A stretch of 63,264 nt of DNA, filler included, from an uncultured bacterium (GTDB lineage Bacteria; UBA8481): the NCBI GenBank assembly GCA_964499705.1. It is 3 parts of 3 records of this genome, joined end to end, with 100 filler letters (N's around TTAATTAATTAA, not from the genome) between each part and the next. Parts side by side here need not be neighbours in the genome. Positions count along the whole stretch, not along the records: positions 22,529 to 44,027 come from CAZCME010000034.1; 2 more parts are not named here. One strand, written 5' to 3'. Made by a program: the position numbers and the translations under genes. Shown here piece after piece: positions 29,382 to 40,900 of the stretch. Each line of letters begins with the position of its first letter. Position 1 is the first letter of the stretch. The notes under the pieces are model-generated. The model saw nothing but the letters and a program-made list of their open reading frames with translations, had not been told where the DNA came from and ran no database searches.

Positions 29382-30616
29382 AGAGGAAGATCGCGATCTT
29401 CACCGGCAACCGCGCCGAGTACGGTCTCCAGTTTCCCGTCATCCAGGCCGTCAGTCGTCATCCGGATCTCGATTACTTCCTGCTCGTCTCCGGCGCTCAC
29501 CTCGAGCGCGACTTTGGCCGGACGATCCGCGAAATCAACGACGACGGGTTTCGCATCCATCGCGAGGTCTCGCTCGAATTCGCGCGCGACTCGTTGTATG
29601 GATTCCCGATCTATCGAGAGCTGAATCTCGAATGCGACCAGGATTCTCTTTATGGGACCGTCCGCGCCATCGCGTCCGGAATTCTCAACCTGTCCGTGAT
29701 ACTGGACGAATTGAGGCCGGATATCGTTCTCGTTTACGCTGACCGTTTCGAGGGATTTTCCGCGGTCATCACCGCGACGCAGATGGGGATTCCGACAGGG
29801 CATCTTGAAGGCGGCGACATCACGCAAGGCGGCGCCCTGGATGACTCCGTCCGGCACGCGATGTCGAAGCTCGCGCATCTCCACTTCACGACGAACGAAG
29901 AGGCCGCGCAACGGCTCCGGAACATGGGCGAGGAACCCTGGCGTGTCCATAACGTCGGCTTTCCCGCCATCGATCTGATCGCCGAGGGCAACTTCGCCGA
30001 CCCGCGGACGCTCGCGGCAAAGTACGGAATCGATCCATCGCGGCCGCTTGTCATCTTCACGCAGCATTCCGTCACGACGCAGTCCGAGGAAGGCGTCGCG
30101 CAAGTAATGCCTTCTCTCGCGGCGCTCGAGACACTCGCGCGCGACGGCGTCCAGGTCGTCCTGACGTATCCGAACAATGACGCGGGCGGGAAGAGAATCA
30201 TCGCCGAACTGGAGGGGATCGCGTCGAAGAAGATTCCGGGGATGATTCTTCATCGGAGCCTCGGCAGGTATGACTACCACGGGATGCTTGCCATCTGCGG
30301 ACGCACAGGGCGAGGAGTCTGCGTCGGAAATTCCTCCAGCGGCATCAAGGAAACTCCCGCGCTCGGATGTCCCGCCGTCAACATCGGCACACGCCAGGAC
30401 GGTCGGCTCCGGAGCACGAACGTGATCGACACCGGATATGACCAGGCCGCCATTCTCGCGGCGATCCGGAAATGCCTCTTCGATGAAACATTCCGCGCGG
30501 CATGTTTGTCCTGCGACAATCCGTACGGCAAAGGAAATGCGGGACGGCGCACCGCGGAGATTCTCGCGACCGTCGAACTTGGTTCGAAAATCCTCACGAA
30601 AAAGGTAACGGTCTAG
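29378..30616 (+). CDS. neuC: Hydrolysing NDP-N-acetylglucosamine 2-epimerase
   Basis: TGNRAEYGL, ADRFE, HLEGGD, RHAMSKLAHLHF, GNSSSGIKE, NIGTRQDGR. Confidence 0.93.
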   Translation: MKRKIAIFTGNRAEYGLQFPVIQAVSRHPDLDYFLLVSGAHLERDFGRTIREINDDGFRIHREVSLEFARDSLYGFPIYRELNLECDQDSLYGTVRAIASGILNLSVILDELRPDIVLVYADRFEGFSAVITATQMGIPTGHLEGGDITQGGALDDSVRHAMSKLAHLHFTTNEEAAQRLRNMGEEPWRVHNVGFPAIDLIAEGNFADPRTLAAKYGIDPSRPLVIFTQHSVTTQSEEGVAQVMPSLAALETLARDGVQVVLTYPNNDAGGKRIIAELEGIASKKIPGMILHRSLGRYDYHGMLAICGRTGRGVCVGNSSSGIKETPALGCPAVNIGTRQDGRLRSTNVIDTGYDQAAILAAIRKCLFDETFRAACLSCDNPYGKGNAGRRTAEILATVELGSKILTKKVTV

Positions 30617-30633
30617 GGTCTGATGAACGACGC

Positions 30634-31326
30634 ATGAACGCCCCTCTTGTCGTTGCCATCGTGCCTGCGCGCGGAGGTTCGCGCGGACTGCCGCGCAAGA
30701 ACATCCGGGAGCTCGCCGGGAAACCGCTCCTGGTCCATACCCTCGAGGCCGCCCTGGCCTGTGCGGCGATCTCGCAAACATTCTTGACGACGGATGATCC
30801 GGAGATTGCCGCGATCGGTCGAAGCTTCGGCGTCACCGTGATCGATCGACCGCCGGAGTTGGCGGACGACGGTGCATCGAGCGTCGATGTCGCTCTGCAT
30901 GCGCTCGAGGCGGTCGGCGCGTCGGGTGTTCGGGCAACTCACGTCATGCTTCTTCAGCCCACGTCACCTCTCAGGACAGCGGAGCATATCGACGAGTGCG
31001 CGCGGAGATGCCTGGCCTGCGGCGCCGCGAGCGCCGTGAGCGTGACAGATTGGCCGCACCCGCCCCAGAAGGCGCTTACCGTTGTCGATGGATTTCTCCA
31101 ACCGCTTTTTTCCCGGGCCGATCTGGAATCGCCAAGGCAGAAGCTGGCGCGCGCCTTGCGCCCGAACGGCGCGATTTTCCTGGCATCCATCGAGTTGTTC
31201 ACGATCAGGAAAACATTTTTTATTGATCCGGTTCTTCCGTTTTTCATGAGCGAGGAGGAGAGCATCGACATCGACAGCGAAGAGGACCTGAGGCGGGCGG
31301 AGAGAATCCTCGCGAGCCGCCGCTAA
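30634..31326 (+). CDS. neuA: Acylneuraminate cytidylyltransferase (CMP-nonulosonate synthetase)
   Basis: PARGGSRGLPRKNI, LQPTSPLR, NGAIF, SIDIDSEED; ATG at 30634. Confidence 0.92.
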   Translation: MNAPLVVAIVPARGGSRGLPRKNIRELAGKPLLVHTLEAALACAAISQTFLTTDDPEIAAIGRSFGVTVIDRPPELADDGASSVDVALHALEAVGASGVRATHVMLLQPTSPLRTAEHIDECARRCLACGAASAVSVTDWPHPPQKALTVVDGFLQPLFSRADLESPRQKLARALRPNGAIFLASIELFTIRKTFFIDPVLPFFMSEEESIDIDSEEDLRRAERILASRR

Positions 31327-31328
31327 GC

Positions 31329-32090
31329 ATGGCGCTCCTGCGTCTGATCGCGCGGTTGGATATCAAGAGTCCGAACCTCATCAAGACGATTCAATACGAA
31401 GGACTGCGCGTCATGGGCGCTCCGCACGATTTTGCTCTGAAATATTATCATGCGGGCGCGGATGAGATTATTTACATGGATATCGTGGCCAGCCTGTACG
31501 GAAGAAATCACCTCACGGAATTATTACAGACGACAGCGGCGGAAATATTTATTCCGATCACTGTCGGCGGAGGAGTACGATCCGTCGACGATGCGCGGGC
31601 TTTGCTGCGCGCGGGCGCGGACAAGGTCGCGGTCAATACCGCCGCGACGAAACGACCTGAGCTCATCAAAGAGATTGCCGAAACATTCGGTTCGCAGTGC
31701 ATGGTTCTTTCGATCGAGGCGAAACGCCGAAAGGAAGGGGGCTGGGAGGCGTTTCGCGATAATGGTCGCGAGCGTACGGGTCTTGATGCCGTCGAGTGGG
31801 CCGGCCGCGCCCATGAACTCGGCGCCGGCGAGATTCTTTTGACATCCGTGGATCGGGAAGGCACGAGGAAGGGTTACGACATCGAGCTATTGGCGGCGGT
31901 GACATCGGTCGTGCCGATTCCCGTGATCGCCGGCGGCGGCATGGGAACGTGCGCGCACATCGTGGAGGCCGTGCGGCAGGGTGGCGCGAGCGCGGTCGCC
32001 ATGGCCGATGTCATTCACTATGACAGGATGAGCATTTCACAAATTCGAAGCGAAGCGGCCGCCGCCGGACTGAACGTGAGAAAGTTATGA
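31329..32090 (+). CDS. HisF-like cyclase paralog (WbuZ-type) in sugar amidination
   Basis: IARLDIK, VGGGVRS, GAGEILLTSVDREGT; located in the neu cluster with a PseA/WbuX gene. Confidence 0.88.
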   Translation: MALLRLIARLDIKSPNLIKTIQYEGLRVMGAPHDFALKYYHAGADEIIYMDIVASLYGRNHLTELLQTTAAEIFIPITVGGGVRSVDDARALLRAGADKVAVNTAATKRPELIKEIAETFGSQCMVLSIEAKRRKEGGWEAFRDNGRERTGLDAVEWAGRAHELGAGEILLTSVDREGTRKGYDIELLAAVTSVVPIPVIAGGGMGTCAHIVEAVRQGGASAVAMADVIHYDRMSISQIRSEAAAAGLNVRKL

Positions 32091-32731
32091 GTCGATGCGT
32101 CAGTGTCATCGACGGCAGCGGCGGAAACCTTCTGAGCGTCAGGCGCGCATTCGAAAGAGCCGGCGCAAAAGTTCAATTCGTAAATGACGGCGACGGGATT
32201 CGGAAAGCGGAGCGAATCGTGGTGCCTGGAGTGGGCGCCTTCGGGAGAGGAATGGACGCGCTGCGAGGCCTGGCATTGGTCGAGCCGTTGCGCGAATTTA
32301 TCGCCGGCGGAGGTTCCGTGCTGGGCATCTGTCTGGGCCTGCAGTTCCTGTTTGAAGTCGGCGAGGAATTCGGAGAGCACAGCGGGCTGGGAGTTCTACG
32401 GGGCCGCGTGCGTCGCCTTCCGGATCGCGACACCGCGGACAGGCCGCTTCGAATTCCTCACATCGGCTGGAATGCGTTGCTCCGCCCGCGCGACGAGACA
32501 CAATGGCGCGGAACGATATTAGAACGCGTCGCTCCGGGATACGCCGTGTACTTCGTTCACTCTTTCGCGGCGGAGCCGGTCGATCCCCGGAATATTCTGG
32601 CGGAGTGCGAATACGGCGGGCACCGCGTCGTCGCCGCGGTTCAGCACGGAAGACTCTACGGCGTGCAGTTTCATCCGGAGAAAAGCGGAGAGACGGGACT
32701 CACCATCATCAAGACTTTTCTGGAACTCTGA
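32087..32731 (+). CDS. HisH-like glutamine amidotransferase (WbuY-type)
   Basis: PGVGAF, LGICLGLQ, PHIGWN, YFVHS, QFHPEKSG. Confidence 0.9.
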   Translation: MSRCVSVIDGSGGNLLSVRRAFERAGAKVQFVNDGDGIRKAERIVVPGVGAFGRGMDALRGLALVEPLREFIAGGGSVLGICLGLQFLFEVGEEFGEHSGLGVLRGRVRRLPDRDTADRPLRIPHIGWNALLRPRDETQWRGTILERVAPGYAVYFVHSFAAEPVDPRNILAECEYGGHRVVAAVQHGRLYGVQFHPEKSGETGLTIIKTFLEL

Positions 32732-32811
32732 GCCGCTTGCGCGCGAGGCGCTTCTCTTGAAAGAACGTTATCGCTTTTGACACCGGAAGCAACTCTTACT
32801 AGTCTTCGCTC

Positions 32812-34488
32812 ATGTCGGATCTTCCCCCAGTTGTAATTTGGCTTCTTCCCTTGAACGCTCAGGACTCACGGAGCCCGCAATGTTTCCCGAGTTGCGACTT
32901 TCGAGGAGACCCGAGCCCGGCGGACCGATTGTTGCGGAAAGTGCGCGCGCTTGGTTTCAAGAATATCAGCGTTTTCATTGATCTCATTGTTCCTCCCGAG
33001 ATAAGTGATGATGAAATCGGCGCCGCGTTGGAGAAGGGAGAAATGTTCGCGCGTTCGAACGGACTCTCGTCCTTTAATGCGATTCGTCCGGAGCGGACCA
33101 CTTCGAAAGAAAACCGTCGATTCCTGAGCGACATACTTGACGGTTTGCCGGGTGACGACGAAACAATTTTCCTGTTTCTGGGAGTTCACGGGCTTTTTTT
33201 CACGGAGAAAGATCTGCTCGGTCTCATAGAGACGCTCGGAAATTCGCGCGCTCTTCGCACGGATCCCGCATTCTTGAATCCTTTTGAGACTACCTACGTC
33301 CTTGTCGCCAGGAAAAAATATTTTCGAGTCGGTGTGGAGCAGGATCATATTCCCGCCGAAGTGTCGATTCAGGTGGAACGCGACAGATCGGGTCCGAAAC
33401 CGCCTCCCTACATCCGTTTCGAATTCCGCAGCGAATACAACTGCGTCCTCGACGCGCTTCCCGCGGATAAGGATCACCTGACATACGACGATCTCAACGC
33501 CTTATGGGATCAGAATCCAAGCCTCTTCTTTCCGGTGCCGCACCACGTGAGCGTCGAAATGACGAATCACGATAACCTTTCCCGCTTGCGGTCGCCGCAG
33601 AAGCTCTCTAAGCGATCGGTCGGCTGGATGTCCGACCGGCACCTCGACATGCTTGTCGAATCACTGCCTTTTCCACCGGGTGATGTGTCCTGTCATATGG
33701 ATCTGTGGGATTTTGGAGAACCGCTCACCCACAAGGGGACAATCAATTTCATCGAGCGGATCGCCCGAAAGGGTGTGAGAGTCGATCTCTACACGAACGG
33801 ACTTTTGCTCGATGAGTCCGTCGCGGCGAGACTCCTGGATTCCGGGGTCGACGCGATCTTCTACCGAATGGACGCCGCTACTGCCGAAGTATATGAGCGC
33901 GTTTCCGGTGATCGAAACTTGTTTGAGAAGGCCCGGAAAAACCTCGACGCCCTGATTCGGCTCAGAAAGCAACGAGGCGGTTCGACGATACCTTGGAAAC
34001 CGGAGTTGGCTGTTCAAATCACGGAAATGCCGGAGACCGCAGGGGATGTCAACGCGTTCATGGACCTCTACGATATGGCGGGAGAGGTCACGAAATCGAC
34101 CGTGTCGAAACTCGGGCGTTCGCCGGAGCCCGAGGCTGTGATTCGAGAAGTCTATAAAACCGATAAGCCCATTGAGCATGCGATGATCAGGCATGACAAT
34201 CTCTTCCGAGGGCGCGTGGAAAGGAAGGACGGGTCCGACTATACGCCTCTGTTTCGATTTCCCTGCCGGCAGCTTCTGGCCGGGCCGCACATTCTCTGGG
34301 ATGGTTCGATCGTGCCCTGCCGTGAAGACATTGATGCGGAAGAGGTCATAGGGCGCCTCGAAGATGGATTGCTGGAAGTCTGGAAGAGCGATCCGATGAA
34401 GCGATTTATCACGATGCATTGCCGGGGCGCATGGGCTGAATCGTCCTTCTGCGCGATCTGCAATGAGTGGTATTACTCGCACGATTGA
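32812..34488 (+). CDS. Radical SAM-like/SPASM protein lacking the CxxxCxxC motif (spiro-SPASM-like)
   Basis: VEMTNHDNLSRLRSP at the cluster position, FGEPLTH, LYTNGLLL, SPASM PCRQL..DGSIVPCRED..FCAICNEW. Confidence 0.75.
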   Translation: MSDLPPVVIWLLPLNAQDSRSPQCFPSCDFRGDPSPADRLLRKVRALGFKNISVFIDLIVPPEISDDEIGAALEKGEMFARSNGLSSFNAIRPERTTSKENRRFLSDILDGLPGDDETIFLFLGVHGLFFTEKDLLGLIETLGNSRALRTDPAFLNPFETTYVLVARKKYFRVGVEQDHIPAEVSIQVERDRSGPKPPPYIRFEFRSEYNCVLDALPADKDHLTYDDLNALWDQNPSLFFPVPHHVSVEMTNHDNLSRLRSPQKLSKRSVGWMSDRHLDMLVESLPFPPGDVSCHMDLWDFGEPLTHKGTINFIERIARKGVRVDLYTNGLLLDESVAARLLDSGVDAIFYRMDAATAEVYERVSGDRNLFEKARKNLDALIRLRKQRGGSTIPWKPELAVQITEMPETAGDVNAFMDLYDMAGEVTKSTVSKLGRSPEPEAVIREVYKTDKPIEHAMIRHDNLFRGRVERKDGSDYTPLFRFPCRQLLAGPHILWDGSIVPCREDIDAEEVIGRLEDGLLEVWKSDPMKRFITMHCRGAWAESSFCAICNEWYYSHD

Positions 34489-34956
34489 CATGTGAGTAAG
34501 GACACGCGTGCATGATCGGGTCGCGCCGGATCTCGGAAACTTTTCTAAAAAAAGTCGCGCATAAATCGAAGAAAACCGCCGATGATGCACAAATGATGAT
34601 CATGATCCCGAGAATAATGTGTAAAAAAAGACACCATACGATGCCTATCGGCATGTACCGTGAGATATGTATACTTTTGAACAGCAGACTCGACCCACCG
34701 CGACGTACCACCTGCAGAGCGCATGGCGCATGAAGAATCGACTAGTGACCAGCAAGAATTATGAGGAGGCGAAGTGCGGCAAAGAGCGGAACTGTCTTCG
34801 AATACGGCTTGCAAAGCAGTTTTAGCACATGTATAGTCCAAAGGTTGCACGCGTTGGCCTGAGACGAACAAGGATAGCGGCGTGAGAGTTTTTCCAAGGA
34901 TGGAGAGAAGATGAGTCAGGATCAGGCGCTCCGGTTGAGTTCGGCGCGAATTCGAA

Positions 34957-37900
34957 TTGCATATTAGGATGCCATCCGGTCCGAGGTCGGGCGAACGCCT
35001 GTCGGCGCGCTCGACTCCGGCCCTTAGGGGACTGTTCCTCCTTGCTTTATGCTCCTTTCTTCATCCCGCGGCGCACGCCGCAACATGGTACGTCAACGAC
35101 CTCTCCGTCGTCGGCGATATCTTCACCGGATCCACCGGAAGCGACACGAATCCCGGAACGGCGGCCAATCCCTTTCGCACGATCACGAAAGCCGATTCCA
35201 TGGCGGTTGCCGGCGACACCATCATCGTCGATGCCGGTTCCTATCTCGAAGCGGTTTTCTTGGACACGAACAATATCACATTGCAGGGCGCCGGTAACGC
35301 GACAACGATCGATCCACCAGGCGTCTCAACCACATCGGGGATTGTCGCCGTCTATCTCTCGAACTGTTCGAATGTCGTGGTCCGGAATATCCGCTGCATC
35401 GGCGCTTACTACGGTTTCTATCTTTGGAACACGGACTCATCGACTCTCAGCGGCGTCACGGCGACCGCCAACACGACCGGGATCTATTTGCAGAATGGTT
35501 CCGACTCGAACAGGATTACCGGTTCCACTTCGAGTTCGAACTCCCTCTTCGGGTTTCACTCAAGAGGCAGTTCCTATAACACGATTTCAAACTGCGTCCT
35601 CGCTTCCAACTCGAATACCGGCATCGTGTTCGACTACACCTCGCCCCTTGGCACGATTACCGGCAATACGGTGAGTTCGAGCCCCTATGGGATTTTCGTG
35701 CAATACTCATCCAACACCACCACGATCTCATTTAATGCGGTGACTTTGACGACCACTGCCGGTATTTACGCTCAGGAAAATACCGGAAACGTCATCATGA
35801 ATAATATTGTGAATTCCAATTCCTATGTTGGAATCTATCTCCATACCGAAACCGGTGATTCCGTCTCGAATAATACGGCGAGTTCAAATTCAGCGCATGG
35901 AATCTACACATGGCAGAACACCGGCACGGTGCTTGATTCCAATGTGGCTTCGTCGAATGGTAATAACGGCCTGTATCTGCAGAATTCTTCCGGGCACCTC
36001 GTCCGACGAAATCGGACTTCCGGGAACGGGCATGCGGGAATATGGTTGAAATCGACGACCAATTCGGTGGTCACAGCGAATACGATCGATTCTAATACGA
36101 TTTATCAGGTCGTCGTCGAGTTCGCATCCTCTTCGGATACGATCACGAAGAACAATATCCTCAATCCCGGAACCGGCAGCTATATCTACAGTGGGGCAAC
36201 GACCGGAGCAACCTTCGATGCCCGTCGAAACTGGTTTGGAACAACGGACAAGGCGGCGATCGCCGGCAAGATGTCGGGGGCGCAGACAGCTCTGATGACG
36301 TGGGAGCCCTTCCGCCTGGGAATTGTGGATACAAACGTAGGCGCGGATACGGTCGCTCCGGCGACGCCTACGGCCGTCACCGTGGATACGACCCTGGCGG
36401 GGCGTATTCGTGTCTCGTGGACGCTTCCGGTTCTGGATGAAGAGGGAACCGCGCTGACTGGTTTCTCGAGGGTTCGCGTTTATCGCGACACGAACCCGAC
36501 AAAGTCGGACTGGCGCGTCGATTCCCCGGACTTCATTCTCACGGCCACGGATACGACATGGAATGACACGACCGTTACTCTTGGAACTTCTTATTACTAC
36601 CGTGTGACCGCTGTCGATATGCAGGGGCTCGAGAACGAGGCTTTCTTCTCGGACACGAAGTTAGGAGTTGCGCCGAATGGCACAGTGACGATTACCGCGC
36701 CGCTGGACGGACACGACACAACCCTATCGCCGATCACGCTCTCCGGCACTTCCATGTTTTCGATTGCGGGAGACAGCGTGACCGTGTATCGAAACGGTAT
36801 CCTGCAGTCGACGGGAGTGGTGCAGGGGGGTGGAGGATGGTCCTGTACGACATCTTTGGCCGCTATCGCCGACAGCATCGAAGCGCGGCTCACGCGTTTA
36901 GGCGTTCTGATGGATACCGAGAGAATCAGGGTTGATTTTTATGGTGTCCCTTCCGTGACTATTTCCGCTCCCACAGCGGGTCACGATACTAATGTTTCCA
37001 TCATCACCGTTTCGGGCACGACCAGCCAGACTTCCCTGGGAGATTCGATCGGCCTCTACCGGAACGGAATTCACCAGTCGACTACAACTGTTTCGTCCAC
37101 GGGTTCGTGGAGCTGCACGACGTCGCTTGGCGCGATCGGCGACAGCATCAACGCCCGGCTCATCACGTCGCTGCGGGATACCGCGAACGACACGATTCAC
37201 ATCAACTTCTACAACGGTCCGGTCTGGTTTGTGAACGACGCCTCGACGGTCGGCGACTCGTTCACATCCTCGATCGGGCGCGACACCGGTCGCGGCGATT
37301 CATCGGCGCCGTTCCGTACGATCGCGAAAGCTCTGTCTCGTGCGCAGGCGCGCGAGACGATTTATGTCGACCGGGGAACATTCACTGAGTCGGTCGTTTT
37401 CCTCGTCGACTCGACCACGCTCATCGGCGCAGGTGACGAGACTACGATCGTCGATCCGCCGGGCGAGTCGACGACGGGTGGGATCTACGCCTTCAACTTG
37501 ACGGGGCGACGCGCGACGGTTATTCGCGATGTGCAGGCAACAGGCGCGGAGGTCGGGTTCCGTATGAGCAACACCGATTCCTCCCTTATCGAGTCCTCGT
37601 ATGCAAGATTGAATTCGTTCGGAGTCGATCTCGAGGGCGGATCGGACTTTAACCTGATCCGGAATGTCCGCGCCGAGCGAAACAGTGCGTACGGATATTA
37701 CCTGGGCTCGTCATCGAACAATATCATCCGCGGCGGACGCGCGGACACGAACACGACGACGAACGTCTTAATCTCGACGAGCGCGAACGGAAACCGTGTG
37801 GAAAGCATGACGGTGACGGGGGCGTCGCATGGACTCTACATCTTCCAGGGAACGAACAACACTCTGGAGTACAACGTAGTCCAGAACGTCAGCGTGATAG

Positions 37901-40900
37901 GTATCTACGTTCAGGCGACGAGCGGGAACCTGCTGCGGCGGAACCGGAGCACCGGAAACGGAACCGGAATCTGGATGAATGCTGTGACGAACACGGTCGT
38001 GACGGCGAATGATGTCGAATCGAACACGACGTATCAGATCGCGATCGACGGAGCATCGTCGTCGGATACCTTGGTGAAGAACAACATCCGGTTCCCCGGC
38101 AGCGGCAGTTACCTCTATAACGCGGCGACATCGGGAGCGACATTCGATCTCCGCCGGAACTGGTATGGGACGACGAGCCAGTCGACGATCAACGCGAAGG
38201 TAACGGGATCGGCGGCATCGCTTCTGACGTGGCAACCGCTCCGGCTCGGCCCGGTCGACACGTTCCTCGTGGACACGGTCGCTCCAGCGACACCGACATC
38301 TCTCACCACCGATACGTCGCAAGCCGCGCGCGTCATCGTCACCTGGACTCTGCCGGTTCTGGACGAAGAGGGATCGGCTCTGACCGGCTTCTCTCGTGTC
38401 CGCGTCTACCGCGACACGAATCCGACGAAATCGGACTGGCGTGCCGACTCGCCCGACTTCACGCTCGCGGCGACGGACACGACCTGGAACGACACGACGG
38501 TCACGGTCGGGAGCACGTACTACTACCGCGTGACGGCCGTGGATACGGCCGGCCTGGAGAATGAAGCTTTCTTTTCGGATACGAAGATGGCGTATGTCGC
38601 TCCGGGAACCTGCGCGATCGCGACTCCGCTCGACAATTACGACACGAATCGCAATCTGATCACACTGACAGGCACATCCGGATTCACAAACGCCGGCGAC
38701 AGCGTCACGGTTTACCGGAACGGAATCGCCCAATCGACGGGAATCGTGGCGGGGGGAGGCGGCTGGAGCTGCACGGCGCTGCTCTCGGCAAAAGGCGACA
38801 GCATCGAGGCGCGCCTGACGCGGCTTGGCACGTTCATGGATTCCAACAAGATACGGATCAATTTCTACGACACGCCTGTTGCCGACCTGCTGACACCCGC
38901 CAACGATCACGATACGAATGTGCGGATCGTTACGCTGACGGGCACCACGACGCTTTCGACCGTCGGGGATTCCGTGGCCGTGTATCGAAACGGCATCTTC
39001 CAGTCGACCACTGCGGTCTCGGCGGGCGGCACCTGGAGCTGCACAACATCCTTCGCGGGGCGCGGCGACAGCGTCGTTGCCTTGATCGTAAACCGCTTCA
39101 ACGATCAGTCGCGCGACACCCATCGCATCAATTGGTTCGACACTCCGGGCGTGGACATTCTCATTCCGCCGACCGGCCACGACACGAACATTCGCGTCTT
39201 CACTCTCTCCGGGACGACCGTGCTGACGGTGGCGGGAGATTCCATCGGCGTCTATCGGAACGGAATTCACCAGTCGACGACGACGGTATCGGCGGCGAAC
39301 ACATGGAGCTGCACGACATCGATTGCCGCCAAGGGCGACAGCATCGTCGCTTTTGTCGTGAACCGTTTCCGAAATTCCGGAGGGGAAACGCATGCTTACA
39401 ACTTCTTCGATACTCCGACCATCGACATCGTCGCTCCGGTCAATAATCACGAGACGGTCGTCGTGGTCTTTACGATATCCGGAACATCGACTCTCTCCAC
39501 CGCCGGCGATTCGGTCGGCGTCTATCGCAACGGCATTCATCAGTCGACAACGACGGTTTCGGCGGGCGGCGCATGGAGCTGCACGACGTCAATCTCGGCG
39601 GTCGGCGACAGCGTGCGCGCCTATATCACCAGCCGATTCCTGAACCAGGGTGCGGACACGCACCGGTTCGATTATTACGACAGCCCGTTGATCGATATTC
39701 TGACTCCGCTGAACAACCACGAGACCAATGTTCGCGTGATCACTTTGACGGGGACCACGGCACTGTCGTCTGTCGGCGATTCGGTGGGCGTCTATGTCAA
39801 CGGCGTCCTGCAATGCACGGGTCTCGTTCAGATGGGGCAGACCTGGTCCTGCACGGCCTCGCTCCAGGGTCTAGCCGACTCGGTCCGCGTTACGGTGTAT
39901 AACAGGGTCGGCGGCTTCGGCCAGGACACGCAGGTCATCTACTTCTACGACACGCCGGTCGTCGACATTCTTACGCCGCCGACCAACCACGACACGAACG
40001 TCATGGTCTTCACGCTCACCGGCACCACTACGCTCACCGTGATCGGCGATTCGGTCGGCGTCTATCGGAACGGCATCCACCAATCCACGACGACAGTGGG
40101 AGCGGGCGGTGCATGGAGCTGCACGACGTCGGTCGCGGCTCGCGGGGACAGTGTCCGGGCGCTTGTGGTCAACCGTTTCCGGAACATGGGTCAGGAGACG
40201 CACCGGATCAATTTCCATGGAACACCGGTGATTGATATTCTCACGCCGCTCGCCGGCCACGACACCAACATCGCCGTCATCATGATCACGGGCACGACGA
40301 CGTTGACCTTCCCAGGCGACTCGGTCGGCGTCTACCGAAACGGAATTCACCAATCGACGACGACCGTTTCGTCCACGGGAACGTGGAGCTGCACGACGTC
40401 GCTCGGCGCAATCGGTGACAGCATCAATGCGCGGGTCATTACGATGCTCCGCGATACCGGCCACGATACGATTCACATCAACTTCTACGACGGCACGGTC
40501 TGGTTCGTGAATGACGCTTCGACAGTGAGCGACTCGTTTACATCCGCGATCGGCCGCGACACGGGCCGCGGCGACTCACTGGCGCCGTTCCGGACGATCG
40601 CGAAGGCGCTCTCCATGGTCGCGTCGAACGAGACGATCTACGTCGACCGCGGAACATTCACGGAGTCGGTTGTCTTCCTTGTCGATTCGACCGCGATCAT
40701 CGGCGTCGGAGACGACACGACGATCGTCGATCCTCCGGGCGAGTCGACGACAAACGGCATCTATGCCTTCAACTTGACGGGCCGACGCGCGACGGTCATC
40801 CGTAATGTGCTGGCGACGGGCGCTGAAGTCGGGTTCCGGTTGAGCAATTCCGATTCTTCGCTCATCGAGTCGTCGTATGCGAGATTAAACTCCTTCGGAG

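Noticed and set aside
31329-32731. hisF/hisH as histidine biosynthesis genes
   Set aside because: No other his genes nearby; context with neuBCA and a PseA/WbuX amidotransferase fits sugar amidination paralogs
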